This document shows, piece by piece, positions 9,126 to 18,344 of a DNA stretch of 54,375 nt. The position numbers were made by a program, and so were the translations under genes. The DNA is taken from positions 1-54,375 of the forward strand of contig JBKHGE010000011.1 of NCBI GenBank assembly GCA_046539845.1, written 5' to 3'. Position 1 is the first letter of the stretch; every line of letters starts with the position of its first letter. The DNA comes from Desulfonatronovibrionaceae bacterium (lineage in GTDB: Bacteria > Desulfobacterota > Desulfovibrionia > Desulfovibrionales > Desulfonatronovibrionaceae). Below the pieces are notes generated by a model. That model was given only the letters and a program-made list of their open reading frames with translations. It made no database searches and had not been told where the DNA came from.

Positions 9126-10858
9126 TGACCAGAACCCTTTTTTTTCTCTTGTTCTTCCTTGTCCTTGTCCCGGCGGCCGGGGCCGGACCGGCCAATGATT
9201 TCAATCAGGGCTGGCACGCCTTTCACGACCTGTGCAAGGATTCGAAAAAAAGCCGCTACCGCTCGCACTGGATGAAGGTAAAGGAGTATTTCTCCAAGGC
9301 ATACAAGGCCTCGCCCAGCGGTTCATACGCGCCCAAATCCCTGTACTATTTGGGCCGTACCTATGAGGAACTGGGCAAGCGCTCCTATCTCAAGTCCGAT
9401 TTCAAGCAGGCCATTGACTACTATCAAAGGCAGATCAACCGTTTCAATGACCACTCCTGGACCGATGATGCCCAGCTGCGCAAGGCCATGGTCTACTACG
9501 AGTACTTAAAAGACCCCTCTCAGGCCTATATCGAATTCTTGAAGGTGGTCCACAACCACCCCCAGGGGGATATGCGCAAGGAGGCCGAGAAATACCTGAA
9601 TAAAATGGACAGCCGCCAGGCCGGGAAGCTCAGTACAAAAGAGAGAAAAGAACTCTTGCGCGAGGCGCAGCAGGCCGAAGACAAGACCGAAGACAAAATC
9701 GAAGACAAAGATCCGGAGGCTGAAAAGGATACAGGTGGGCTGAAGCTGGAAAAGATCCGTCACTGGAGCACTGACGATTACACCCGCGTGGTCCTGGATC
9801 TCAACCGGGAAACCGAATACCGGCACAAGCTCCTCAAACCGGATCCAGAATTGGGCACTTCGCACCGTTTGTTCATCGACCTCTCCGGGACCAGACTGGG
9901 CCGGGACGCCCCCCGCAAGGACAAGATAGCCGACGGTATCTTGGAAAGGGTTAGGGCGGCACAATATCGCCAGGACAAGGCCCGGGTGGTCCTGGACATC
10001 CAGAAACTGGATAAATTCCGGGTCTTTTCACTGCAGAATCCCTTCCGCATAGTGGTTGACGTATACGCCCCGGGAGAAAAAAACCGGCAGCAGGCAACGG
10101 AACGGATTACGCTGGACGGAGCCGGAAAGGAGCTGGCCCGGGAGAACCTTCTCGAGCAGCTGGGGCTGACCATAGAGACCATCATGATCGACCCCGGTCA
10201 CGGGGGGAAAGACCCCGGCGCAGTCAGCAACGGGATCCTGGAAAAGGATATAAACCTGAGAATGAGCCGCGTCCTGGGGGACATGCTTGAGGAAGAGGGC
10301 TTTCGGGTCCTGTATACCAGAACGGACGACTCCTTTCTGCCCCTGGAGGAAAGAACTGCCATGGCCAATTCCAAAAAGGCGGACCTGTTCATCTCCATTC
10401 ACTGCAACGCCCATAACAGCCGCAAGATGCGCGGGTTCGAGGTCTATTACCTGAACTTGGCCAAGTCCAAGGACGCAGTGCGCGTGGCCGCCAGGGAAAA
10501 CTCCATCTCGGAAAAAAAAATAAGTGATCTGCAGTACATTTTGACCGATCTGATGCTCAATTCCAAGATCAGCGAATCCCGGGACCTGGCCGGGAGTGTG
10601 CACAAGACGGCGCTCAATGCCGGGCGTCAGGTATATTCATCGCTTAACGACCATGGAGTGCGGGAGGCCCCATTCTATGTACTCATGGGCGCCCAAATGC
10701 CGGCCATTCTGCTCGAGCTGGGATATCTGACCAATGACACGGACAGGGCCCATCTGAAATCAGACAAATTCCTGACCCGTATGGCCCAAGGACTGGTGGA
10801 CGGAGTGGTGGACTACAGAAAAAAGATGAGCCAATACGCCACCCTGTCTGAGGATTGA
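9122..10858 (+). CDS. N-acetylmuramoyl-L-alanine amidase (signal peptide + TPR + AMIN + Amidase_3)
   Basis: Signal peptide, TPR-like repeats, AMIN-like YTRVVLDL/RIVVDV, catalytic IDPGHGGKDPGA, FISIHCNA, LLELGY. Confidence 0.93.
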   Translation: MMTRTLFFLLFFLVLVPAAGAGPANDFNQGWHAFHDLCKDSKKSRYRSHWMKVKEYFSKAYKASPSGSYAPKSLYYLGRTYEELGKRSYLKSDFKQAIDYYQRQINRFNDHSWTDDAQLRKAMVYYEYLKDPSQAYIEFLKVVHNHPQGDMRKEAEKYLNKMDSRQAGKLSTKERKELLREAQQAEDKTEDKIEDKDPEAEKDTGGLKLEKIRHWSTDDYTRVVLDLNRETEYRHKLLKPDPELGTSHRLFIDLSGTRLGRDAPRKDKIADGILERVRAAQYRQDKARVVLDIQKLDKFRVFSLQNPFRIVVDVYAPGEKNRQQATERITLDGAGKELARENLLEQLGLTIETIMIDPGHGGKDPGAVSNGILEKDINLRMSRVLGDMLEEEGFRVLYTRTDDSFLPLEERTAMANSKKADLFISIHCNAHNSRKMRGFEVYYLNLAKSKDAVRVAARENSISEKKISDLQYILTDLMLNSKISESRDLAGSVHKTALNAGRQVYSSLNDHGVREAPFYVLMGAQMPAILLELGYLTNDTDRAHLKSDKFLTRMAQGLVDGVVDYRKKMSQYATLSED

Positions 10859-10885
10859 ACCGCCAAAAACCCGGAAACTAAATCA

Positions 10886-11659
10886 ATGTCCAAATGGATC
10901 CGCAATAAGCTCCCGGAATTCGTCCGGGATGTACTCCGCGACTTCTGCCTGGTCAGCCGGATTCTGGAGACCGCGTTTGACGAGTACGACCGCAAGGGTG
11001 TCTTGTCCTTTACCACTTTTCAGGATTTTGTGGGCGACGAAATGAACAAGGGCCAGATATGGCGCCTCAAGGACACCGCGCACACATTGTTCCGCAACGA
11101 GCCGGAGAACTCGGTTATCGGCCAGTACCTGGACTTGAGCATAGGTTATATATTCCACGAATGTATGAAACTCAGAGAGGACGTGTACCAGCAAGAGAAC
11201 TATCGCCCGTGGTTTCAAAGCATGCAAAGGACCGCAGGGCTCTCTCCCGAGGAGAGACTGGTGGGCAAGGAACTTTTACACTTGATCGATCAGACAAGGG
11301 AAAGTATAAACAGGGAGGTGAATCGGGTTCGGTTTATATTGTTCCACTGCCGCAGGCTTTTTATCCTATATCTACCGGCGCATCGGGACAACCCGCTTTT
11401 GGCCCGTTTTTTCTTTGACCACGAGGAAATGGTCCGCAAGGTGTTCAAGGCCGACTACAATTCTTTGATAAATGCCGTGTACTCTGCACGGCCGGAGAGC
11501 ATGTACCTCTTGGCGGCCAGCAGTCTGCGCAGGGGCGGGTGGTTCGTTCGGGCCCAGGAGGCGGTGGACAGAGTGATCAAGACAGAGCCGGACAATAAAC
11601 AGGCCTTGCAAGAAAAAGAAACTATTGCTAGAATGAAAGAACAACTTAAGGTCGTATAA
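10886..11659 (+). CDS. Hypothetical helical protein with a C-terminal TPR-like segment
   Basis: 257-aa ORF tightly placed between the amidase and LysM genes; no recognisable catalytic motif. Confidence 0.8.
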   Translation: MSKWIRNKLPEFVRDVLRDFCLVSRILETAFDEYDRKGVLSFTTFQDFVGDEMNKGQIWRLKDTAHTLFRNEPENSVIGQYLDLSIGYIFHECMKLREDVYQQENYRPWFQSMQRTAGLSPEERLVGKELLHLIDQTRESINREVNRVRFILFHCRRLFILYLPAHRDNPLLARFFFDHEEMVRKVFKADYNSLINAVYSARPESMYLLAASSLRRGGWFVRAQEAVDRVIKTEPDNKQALQEKETIARMKEQLKVV

Positions 11660-11691
11660 TAAACACCAAAGCTTTTATAAGGAGGCCACGT

Positions 11692-12189
11692 ATGAGGAAG
11701 TACCTATTGCTCGCAACCATGTTGCTGGCGCTTTTTGCGTTTGGTTGCGCCAAAAAAGATGTCCAATCCTGCCCCGAGCCGGAAAAACCGGTTGCTGAGG
11801 AAGAAGTGGTAGTGGAGGAAGAGGAAGTGGTAGAGGAAGAGGAAGAGGAAGTGGCAGAACCCACTCCCATGGAAGAATACCAAGCCAACTACGACTCCCT
11901 GCCGGCCGAGCACAAGGTAAAGAAGGGAGAGTGCCTGTGGTGGATCGCCGAATACAAAGAGATCTACAACGACCCCTTCATGTGGCCTCTTATCTTTAAA
12001 GCAAACAGGGACAAAATAGACGATCCGGATCTGATCTATCCGGACCAGGTCTTTTCCATACCCCGTGAGTTCGATCTCGAGCAGGTCAAAAAAGGCCGCA
12101 AACAGGCAGGCGCAGCAAAGCCTTATCTGCCTCCGGAAGAGGCTAATATTCCGGCTGACTTGAGATCCGAGCTGGGGTGGAGTTTCTAG
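11692..12189 (+). CDS. LysM peptidoglycan-binding lipoprotein
   Basis: Lipobox AFGC, Glu-rich linker, HKVKKGECLWWIA...WPLIFKANRDKIDDPDLIYPDQVFSIP; RBS AAGGAGG. Confidence 0.9.
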   Translation: MRKYLLLATMLLALFAFGCAKKDVQSCPEPEKPVAEEEVVVEEEEVVEEEEEEVAEPTPMEEYQANYDSLPAEHKVKKGECLWWIAEYKEIYNDPFMWPLIFKANRDKIDDPDLIYPDQVFSIPREFDLEQVKKGRKQAGAAKPYLPPEEANIPADLRSELGWSF

Positions 12190-12213
12190 CTGATCCATTG
12201 CCTTGGATTCTTT

Positions 12214-12247
12214 AAAGCCCCGGCCCGCAAGCCGGGGCTTTTTATTT
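12214..12247 (+). terminator. Intrinsic terminator after the LysM gene
   Basis: AAAGCCCCGGC-ccgcaa-GCCGGGGCTTTTTATTT. Confidence 0.85.
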
Positions 12248-12472
12248 GCCGGATTGCCCTCCAAACGCCCGGGGGCGTCCGGTTAAAACGGAGACACAGA
12301 CCTTTTTGCCCGGCAAGGCCAAATCCCTTCGGGTCCTAAATGCAGACTTATCCCCGTGTCTTTACCCCCAGGGGTCTGCACGGAGAACACATTTGTCCCA
12401 ACCGCCCTGCTCGACGACAGTAATGGAGGCCTTTTGGGCTTAGAAAACGTCTAACCACCAGGGGTAAAACCT

Positions 12473-14305
12473 ATGTATAAACCGCTTTTGCACAAGAACC
12501 CGGCCCGGCAGAAATTCAGCATACCGAACAAAAGAAGGCCGGAATTATTCCGCGACCTGTATCCATACAAGAAAATAAGCCGGACCGTATTTGACGACTC
12601 CTTTGTCCTGCCCCGTCCGTCGGAAGAGATATTCATCACCGACACCACCTTCAGAGACGGCCAGCAGGCCAGGCCGCCCTACACCGTGAAGCAGATAACC
12701 ACTATCTTCGACTACATGCACCGCATGGCCGGGATCTCCGGCTTGCTCCGGCAGTGTGAGTTTTTTTTATATTCGGAAAAGGATCGCAGGGCAGTGGACG
12801 CCTGCCTGGCCCGGGATTATCGTTATCCGGAAGTAACCGGCTGGATCAGGGCCAATGCCAAGGATCTGGATCTGGTGCGCAAGTCCGGCTTAAAGGAAAC
12901 CGGAATACTTACTTCGGTTTCAGACTATCACTTGCATCTAAAGCTGGGCAAAGACCGCAGGACAGCGGCCAGGGACTACTTGAACATAGTTGAAAAGTCC
13001 CTGGAATACGGCATAGTTCCCAGGTGTCACTTCGAAGACGTAACCAGGGCGGATATATACGGTTTCTGCATCCCCTTGGCCCAGGAACTGATGCAGCTTT
13101 CCGGGCAGAGCGGTATGCCGGTCAAGATCCGGCTGTGCGACACCATGGGATATGGGGTGCCTTTCCCAGGGGCCGCCCTACCCCGGAGCGTAGGCAAAAT
13201 AGTCCGGACCTTCACGGACGAGGGCGGAGTGCCTGGAGAATGGCTGGAGTGGCACGGTCACAACGATTTCCACAAGGCGCATATAAACGCGGTCACGGCT
13301 TGGCTTTACGGGTGCGCAGGCGCGAACGGAACCCTATTCGGATTCGGGGAGAGGACCGGAAACGCACCGGTGGAGGCGCTCGTAATCGAATATGTCTCCC
13401 TTACCGGAAATGACGATCACGCCGACCCCCGACTCATTAGCACCCTGGCCGAATATTTTGAAAAGGAGCTCGACCAGCCGGTGCCCACCAATTATCCGTT
13501 TGCCGGAAGGGATTTCAACGCCACCAGCGCCGGCATCCATGTGGACGGACTGATGAAGAACGAGGAGATCTACAATATATTCGACACCAATCTCATCCTG
13601 GACAAACCGGTTCCCATTATTATCAACGACAAGTCCGGGAAGGCGGGGATCGCTTACTGGATTAACCACAATCTGGGGCTTACCGGAGAGGAGCAAGTGG
13701 ACAAGCGCCATCCTGCGGTGGCCAAGATAGCCAGGCGCATAAGCCAGGAGTACGAAAACGGCAGGACCACCAACATCTCGCACAAGGAGATGGAAAGGTT
13801 CGTCCGCCGATTCATGCCCGAGATGTATCCTTCGGAGTTCGACCATCTCAAAGTTGTAGCCCACGATGTCGGAGCGCACATTATGGAGGATCTGGCCAGA
13901 TATAAGATCTTTCATACCCAGGACAAGGAAGGCATCAATCGGGTCATGGGCGAATTCCTGGACAGATATCCCTTTATCCAATATCTGTATCTCACGGACT
14001 CCCGAGGCAGCCTTTTGGCCTGGAATGTAAGCGACATCCAGTATTTAAATAAATACAGGGACATCCCCTACGGCCAGGATTTTTCCGACCGGGAGTGGTT
14101 CATAAGGCCGGTCAAAACCGGGAAACTGCATATAACCGACTTTTACAAGTCCTTTTTCACCGGCAAGCTGTGTTTGACGGTGTCCGTGCCCATATTCGAC
14201 AGTAACGACGCCATGACCGGAGTGTTGGGCGCTGATATCCAGTTTGAGGACCTGGTCAAGATCCAGGAGGACCTCCGTGATGAACAAAAACAGGCCGGCA
14301 ATTAG
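12473..14305 (+). CDS. Re-citrate synthase-like DRE-TIM metallolyase with a C-terminal Cache/PDC-like domain
   Basis: ITDTTFRDGQQARPP, HFEDVTRAD, HGHNDF, GFGERTGN, SAGIHVDG; C-terminal DFSDREWF...TG...Y.S..TG..CLTVSVPI...GVLGADI. Confidence 0.82.
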   Translation: MYKPLLHKNPARQKFSIPNKRRPELFRDLYPYKKISRTVFDDSFVLPRPSEEIFITDTTFRDGQQARPPYTVKQITTIFDYMHRMAGISGLLRQCEFFLYSEKDRRAVDACLARDYRYPEVTGWIRANAKDLDLVRKSGLKETGILTSVSDYHLHLKLGKDRRTAARDYLNIVEKSLEYGIVPRCHFEDVTRADIYGFCIPLAQELMQLSGQSGMPVKIRLCDTMGYGVPFPGAALPRSVGKIVRTFTDEGGVPGEWLEWHGHNDFHKAHINAVTAWLYGCAGANGTLFGFGERTGNAPVEALVIEYVSLTGNDDHADPRLISTLAEYFEKELDQPVPTNYPFAGRDFNATSAGIHVDGLMKNEEIYNIFDTNLILDKPVPIIINDKSGKAGIAYWINHNLGLTGEEQVDKRHPAVAKIARRISQEYENGRTTNISHKEMERFVRRFMPEMYPSEFDHLKVVAHDVGAHIMEDLARYKIFHTQDKEGINRVMGEFLDRYPFIQYLYLTDSRGSLLAWNVSDIQYLNKYRDIPYGQDFSDREWFIRPVKTGKLHITDFYKSFFTGKLCLTVSVPIFDSNDAMTGVLGADIQFEDLVKIQEDLRDEQKQAGN

Positions 14306-14452
14306 CCGTTTACCTCACAACAAAGGACTGCCGCCCGGCGGGATCGGAGCGGATTGACCCCGGTTTTTTAACCGGATATTGTTTCCGTAATCGTGCCGGG
14401 AATACACCGCCGGCTACAGAATACGTCCAACTATAACAAGCCAGGAGAAATT

Positions 14453-14956
14453 ATGGGTAGCAAAAAACAGCTGTTGCCGCTGGTTCTGGTCCTGATGTTC
14501 ACGCTCCTCTTCGGATGCACCGCATCCAAGGACAACGGCGCCCAGGAGGAGCCGGATGTTCCGCCACCGTCAGAGGAAGAGGCGCTCAACAACTACTATG
14601 ACTTTGACGATATCCCCGTCCCCAAAGAAATGGAAATCCGATCCGATGATTCCATCCTTTTCCAAAGCCCGAACCTGAAGGCCGGAGCAGTGGTATTCGA
14701 GGGGCGGGTGGAGGCCATTTCCCTTTTTGACTTTTTTTTGAATAACATGCCCAAGGAGAACTGGAACCTACGCAGCTATTTCAAATACGGCCGGTACATA
14801 ATGGTCTTTGAGAAACCGAATAAGGACTGCATCATCCGCATCATTGACCATCGCTTCAAGACCGAACTCCAGATCTGGGTAACGCCCAGGTTCTCCGGAG
14901 AAAAAGATGAGATCCTTGGTCCGGATACCCTGCCGGAAGAAGACCTCGAGCAGTAA
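14453..14956 (+). CDS. Hypothetical lipoprotein
   Basis: ATG at 14453 preceded by AGGAG; signal peptide with lipobox LFGC; stop overlaps the coaBC start. Confidence 0.8.
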   Translation: MGSKKQLLPLVLVLMFTLLFGCTASKDNGAQEEPDVPPPSEEEALNNYYDFDDIPVPKEMEIRSDDSILFQSPNLKAGAVVFEGRVEAISLFDFFLNNMPKENWNLRSYFKYGRYIMVFEKPNKDCIIRIIDHRFKTELQIWVTPRFSGEKDEILGPDTLPEEDLEQ

Positions 14957-16176
14957 TGCTAAGATCCTATCACCTGTTCCGGCAATATCTGGGTAAAAGG
15001 GTCCATGTGGGCGTGTGCGGGAGCATCGCCGCCTACAAGATCCTGGACCTGGTCCGGGCCCTGCATAAAGCGGGTCCGGATATTGGTGTTACCCTCACCC
15101 GTAGCGGGGCGGAATTTATCCCGGCCCTGAACTTCCGGGCTTTGGGTGCGGATCCGGTTTACGTCCCTGCCGGGGTAGACAGAGAGGATACCTTTGCCCA
15201 TCTGGCACCGGGTAAAACAGCCGACTGTCTGCTTATAGCCCCGGCCACCGCCAATACTCTGGCCCGGTTGGCCGGGGGATTTGCGGACGAGCTTTTGAGC
15301 TGCCAGGTCCTGGCCTTCAGCGGGCCGGTGATCCTGGCCCCGGCCATGAATCCGGCCATGTGGAATGCCCCGGCCGTACAGGAAAACCGAACACGGCTTG
15401 AAAAGCGCGGGTATGTATGCATCCCGCCGGGGAATGGGGACACGGCCTGCGGGGATAGCGGGCAGGGCCGCCTGGCCGAGGACCACGTCATCTTTTCCAG
15501 TACGCTTAGGAGCCTGACGAATCAGGATCTCTTAGGGTTGAAGGTGCTCGTTACCTGCGGCCCCACCCGGGAGGGCTTCGACCCGGTCCGCTACTGGAGC
15601 AACCCCTCCTCGGGGAAGATGGGCTTTGCCCTGGCTATGGCCGCCTGGCTGCGCGGAGCAAAGGTGCATTTGGTGCACGGCCCGGCCATAGATCCAGGAA
15701 TGCCTTCAGATATGCAGTGTCTACCGGTCACTACTGCTACCGAGATGAACGAAGCGGTTCAGGACTTGTGGCCGGAAATGGATGCGGGCTGCTTTGCCGC
15801 GGCGGTTGCCGATTTCGCCCCGGAATCCGCCGGGGACAAAAAGTTCAAAAAAGGCAACAGGTCCGGGCTTACCGTGCATTTCACACCCACACCGGACATC
15901 CTGGCCCGGGCCGGGAAAAATAAACAGGCCTCCCAGAGACTGATCGGGTTTGCCGCGGAGACCGAGGGCCTGGAGCAGTCGTGCGCGAAAAAACTGGAGG
16001 CAAAAAACCTGGATATTGTGGTCGGCAATCTGGTCCAAAGATCGGACAGCGGGTTTGCTGCGGACAATAACCGGGTCACGGTCCTTGACCGGCGGGGAAG
16101 AAAAGAGAGTTGGCCTTCCCTGGCCAAGACCGAAGTGGCCTGGAGGATCTGGGACTGGCTTAGGGATCTCGAATGA
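14956..16176 (+). CDS. coaBC: Bifunctional phosphopantothenoylcysteine decarboxylase/phosphopantothenate--cysteine ligase
   Basis: GVCGSIAAYK, APATANTLA, APAMN, ACGDSGQGRL, GPTREGFDPVRYWSNPSSGKMG, AAAVADF, IGFAAET. Confidence 0.96.
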   Translation: MLRSYHLFRQYLGKRVHVGVCGSIAAYKILDLVRALHKAGPDIGVTLTRSGAEFIPALNFRALGADPVYVPAGVDREDTFAHLAPGKTADCLLIAPATANTLARLAGGFADELLSCQVLAFSGPVILAPAMNPAMWNAPAVQENRTRLEKRGYVCIPPGNGDTACGDSGQGRLAEDHVIFSSTLRSLTNQDLLGLKVLVTCGPTREGFDPVRYWSNPSSGKMGFALAMAAWLRGAKVHLVHGPAIDPGMPSDMQCLPVTTATEMNEAVQDLWPEMDAGCFAAAVADFAPESAGDKKFKKGNRSGLTVHFTPTPDILARAGKNKQASQRLIGFAAETEGLEQSCAKKLEAKNLDIVVGNLVQRSDSGFAADNNRVTVLDRRGRKESWPSLAKTEVAWRIWDWLRDLE

Positions 16177-16802
16177 ACGAGCAGGTGCGGCAGCTGCAGC
16201 AGGCCGGGGTAAAACACCTCTTTTTCCCGGGGACCGATGTATTTTCCGCCCCACAGAGACGGCCTTGGCAAAAGAAACAACCGACCGGGAACAACTCCAC
16301 ACCGGCGCATGAAGCCCCCGCCTGTCACCAGGAACGCGAACTGCATCCCAAGCTGAGGGCTCAAATCAAACGGGTCCCCATCTTATGGACCTATTTCGAA
16401 TTCCCCAGGGACCTGTTTGAAAAGGGTAATCCGCAGCGACGAGAGCTTGTTCGCGGTATCATGACCGCCTTGAAGGCCCGGGAGTCATGGCCAGCCGGCT
16501 CAAGCACCTTCTGGCCCCTGTCCGGTGTGGACGAAAACGGACGCTTATTTCCGGATCCGGAGCTTTTCTGGAACGGCGTCCGGCGCATTACCCCCTTGTA
16601 TGTCTTTTGTCTGGGACCGAGGGCAGTCCAGACCCTGTCCCCGGAACAGGAGTTTTCCCTGCAGCCTTTTAGCTGTGGGGGACTGCGCATCCAGCCCCTT
16701 CCCTCCCTGCAATGGATGCTCGAGGGTCCGGTAGAGCAGCAAAAGGACTGTAAAAATCAGGCCTGGGAAATACTCAAGGGATACACCAGGTACGTGCGAT
16801 GA
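16173..16802 (+). CDS. Hypothetical protein; possible HolD(psi)-like / degenerate UDG-fold protein
   Basis: Overlaps both coaBC and nfeD by 4 bp, so the CDS is well supported; the fold call is by-eye only. Confidence 0.75.
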   Translation: MNEQVRQLQQAGVKHLFFPGTDVFSAPQRRPWQKKQPTGNNSTPAHEAPACHQERELHPKLRAQIKRVPILWTYFEFPRDLFEKGNPQRRELVRGIMTALKARESWPAGSSTFWPLSGVDENGRLFPDPELFWNGVRRITPLYVFCLGPRAVQTLSPEQEFSLQPFSCGGLRIQPLPSLQWMLEGPVEQQKDCKNQAWEILKGYTRYVR

Positions 16803-18085
16803 AAAAAACAATTCTTATCTGGTCCCTGCTTTTTTTGTCTTTTGCTTCCGCGGGGCCGGTTTTTGCCCAAAAAATAACTGCTGTAGACTTGGAGGGTCCG
16901 GTGACCCCGGTCCAGGCGGAAATTCTGGAAACGGCCCTGAAACAGGCCCGGGATGAGGGGGCAGTGTTCTTTCTCATCCGCCTGGACACCCCGGGGGGCA
17001 CCCTTTCCAGCACCAGGGAAATGGTCAAACAACTGCTCAACTCCCGGATTCCGGTGGGCATCTGGGTCGGTCCTTCCGGGGCCAGGGCCGCCTCGGCCGG
17101 GGTTTTTCTGGTCGCTGCCTCTGACGCGGCCGCTATGGCCCCGAACACAACCATTGGCTCCGCCTCACCTGTGGATGCTTCGGGTGAAGATGCCGGTGAA
17201 ACCATGCACAAAAAGGTGGTCAGCGAGTTGTCCAGCTTGCTGCGTTCTCTGGGGCGGGACAAAAAACGCAATATCGACTGGTACGAGCAAAGCGTCACCC
17301 AGAGCGCGAACCTGAACGCAGGGGAAGCGGTTTTACAGGATGTGGTCGAATACGTGGCAAAAGATGAAATAGACTTCCTGCAGCAGCTCGATTCCTCGGA
17401 GGCCTTTAAAACCGGGGGAGGTCCTCTCTCTCTGGGAATGGCCGAGATCTCGCGTTTTGAACCGAGCTTCAAGCAAAATATCCTCTCCTGGCTGGTCTCA
17501 CCGCAAATAGCCTACCTCTTGTTTCTGGCCGGGATTTTGGGCTTTTTTTTCGAACTCTCGTCTCCGGGAGCGATCTTTCCCGGGGCCTTTGGAGCGATCT
17601 GTCTCATTCTGGCTTTGTATGCCTTTTCCACCCTGCCCGTAACCGCGGCCGGAATTTTGCTTATTCTGGCCGGATTCGTCTTTTTCCTGCTGGAAATCAA
17701 AATAGTCAGTTACGGACTGCTTGGCCTGGGTGCCGCCGGGAGCATATTTTTGGGCTCCATTATGCTCTTTGACCCGCAGGCAACCGGTCTCAAGCTGCCT
17801 ATGCGGCTAATAATCCCGGCCGTTGGCACTGTGGCCGCGTTTTTTTTGATTATCCTTTATCTGGTCGGCAAAAGCCAGCTCTCCTCCTGGAAGCAGGAAA
17901 GGCAGATGGTCGGAATGACCGGAGAGATCATAAGCTGGAAGAAGAACGCGGGTAAGATAAAGATACGCGGGGAAATTTGGAACTGCCACGGGCTTGACCC
18001 GGACCAGGAGTTCTCTCCAGGTGACACGGCCCGGGTGGAAAGCATCTCCGGGCTCAATCTGGGCGTGAAACCGGCACAAGAGTGA
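16799..18085 (+). CDS. nfeD: NfeD family membrane-bound serine protease (long form)
   Basis: Signal peptide, LDTPGG, GARAASAG, AMAPNTTIGSASP, ELSSPG TM block, C-terminal OB fold (IRGEIW). Confidence 0.92.
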   Translation: MKKTILIWSLLFLSFASAGPVFAQKITAVDLEGPVTPVQAEILETALKQARDEGAVFFLIRLDTPGGTLSSTREMVKQLLNSRIPVGIWVGPSGARAASAGVFLVAASDAAAMAPNTTIGSASPVDASGEDAGETMHKKVVSELSSLLRSLGRDKKRNIDWYEQSVTQSANLNAGEAVLQDVVEYVAKDEIDFLQQLDSSEAFKTGGGPLSLGMAEISRFEPSFKQNILSWLVSPQIAYLLFLAGILGFFFELSSPGAIFPGAFGAICLILALYAFSTLPVTAAGILLILAGFVFFLLEIKIVSYGLLGLGAAGSIFLGSIMLFDPQATGLKLPMRLIIPAVGTVAAFFLIILYLVGKSQLSSWKQERQMVGMTGEIISWKKNAGKIKIRGEIWNCHGLDPDQEFSPGDTARVESISGLNLGVKPAQE

Positions 18086-18093
18086 TCTTCACC

Positions 18094-18291
18094 CCCGACC
18101 GGTCAGCCCCCTTTGGTAATCATCCCTGTCCGGCTAGCTTACCCTGAAATATCCGTCGGGCGGGGGGCTGCCCGATCGGGCCTGTTTATGCGGCGCAGAG
18201 GAAGGTAAACCACCTCCACAAACCGGCCGCCCGGTGCTTGAAATGGTCTTTCTCTGCTTTTTTAATGCCCGGACCAGCCGGGCATCAAAAA
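18094..18291. repeat. Two inverted repeats between the convergent nfeD and yeeE genes
   Basis: CCCGACCGGTCAGCCCCC (18094-18111) pairs 16/18 with GGGGGCTGCCCGATCGGG (18163-18180); second hairpin ATGCCCGG-accag-CCGGGCAT (18265-18285). Confidence 0.6.
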
Positions 18292-18344
18292 GACTCAGGC
18301 TAAGAAGTGCTTGACCTCCCCATTATCCGGAGGTCCCAAAGCCA

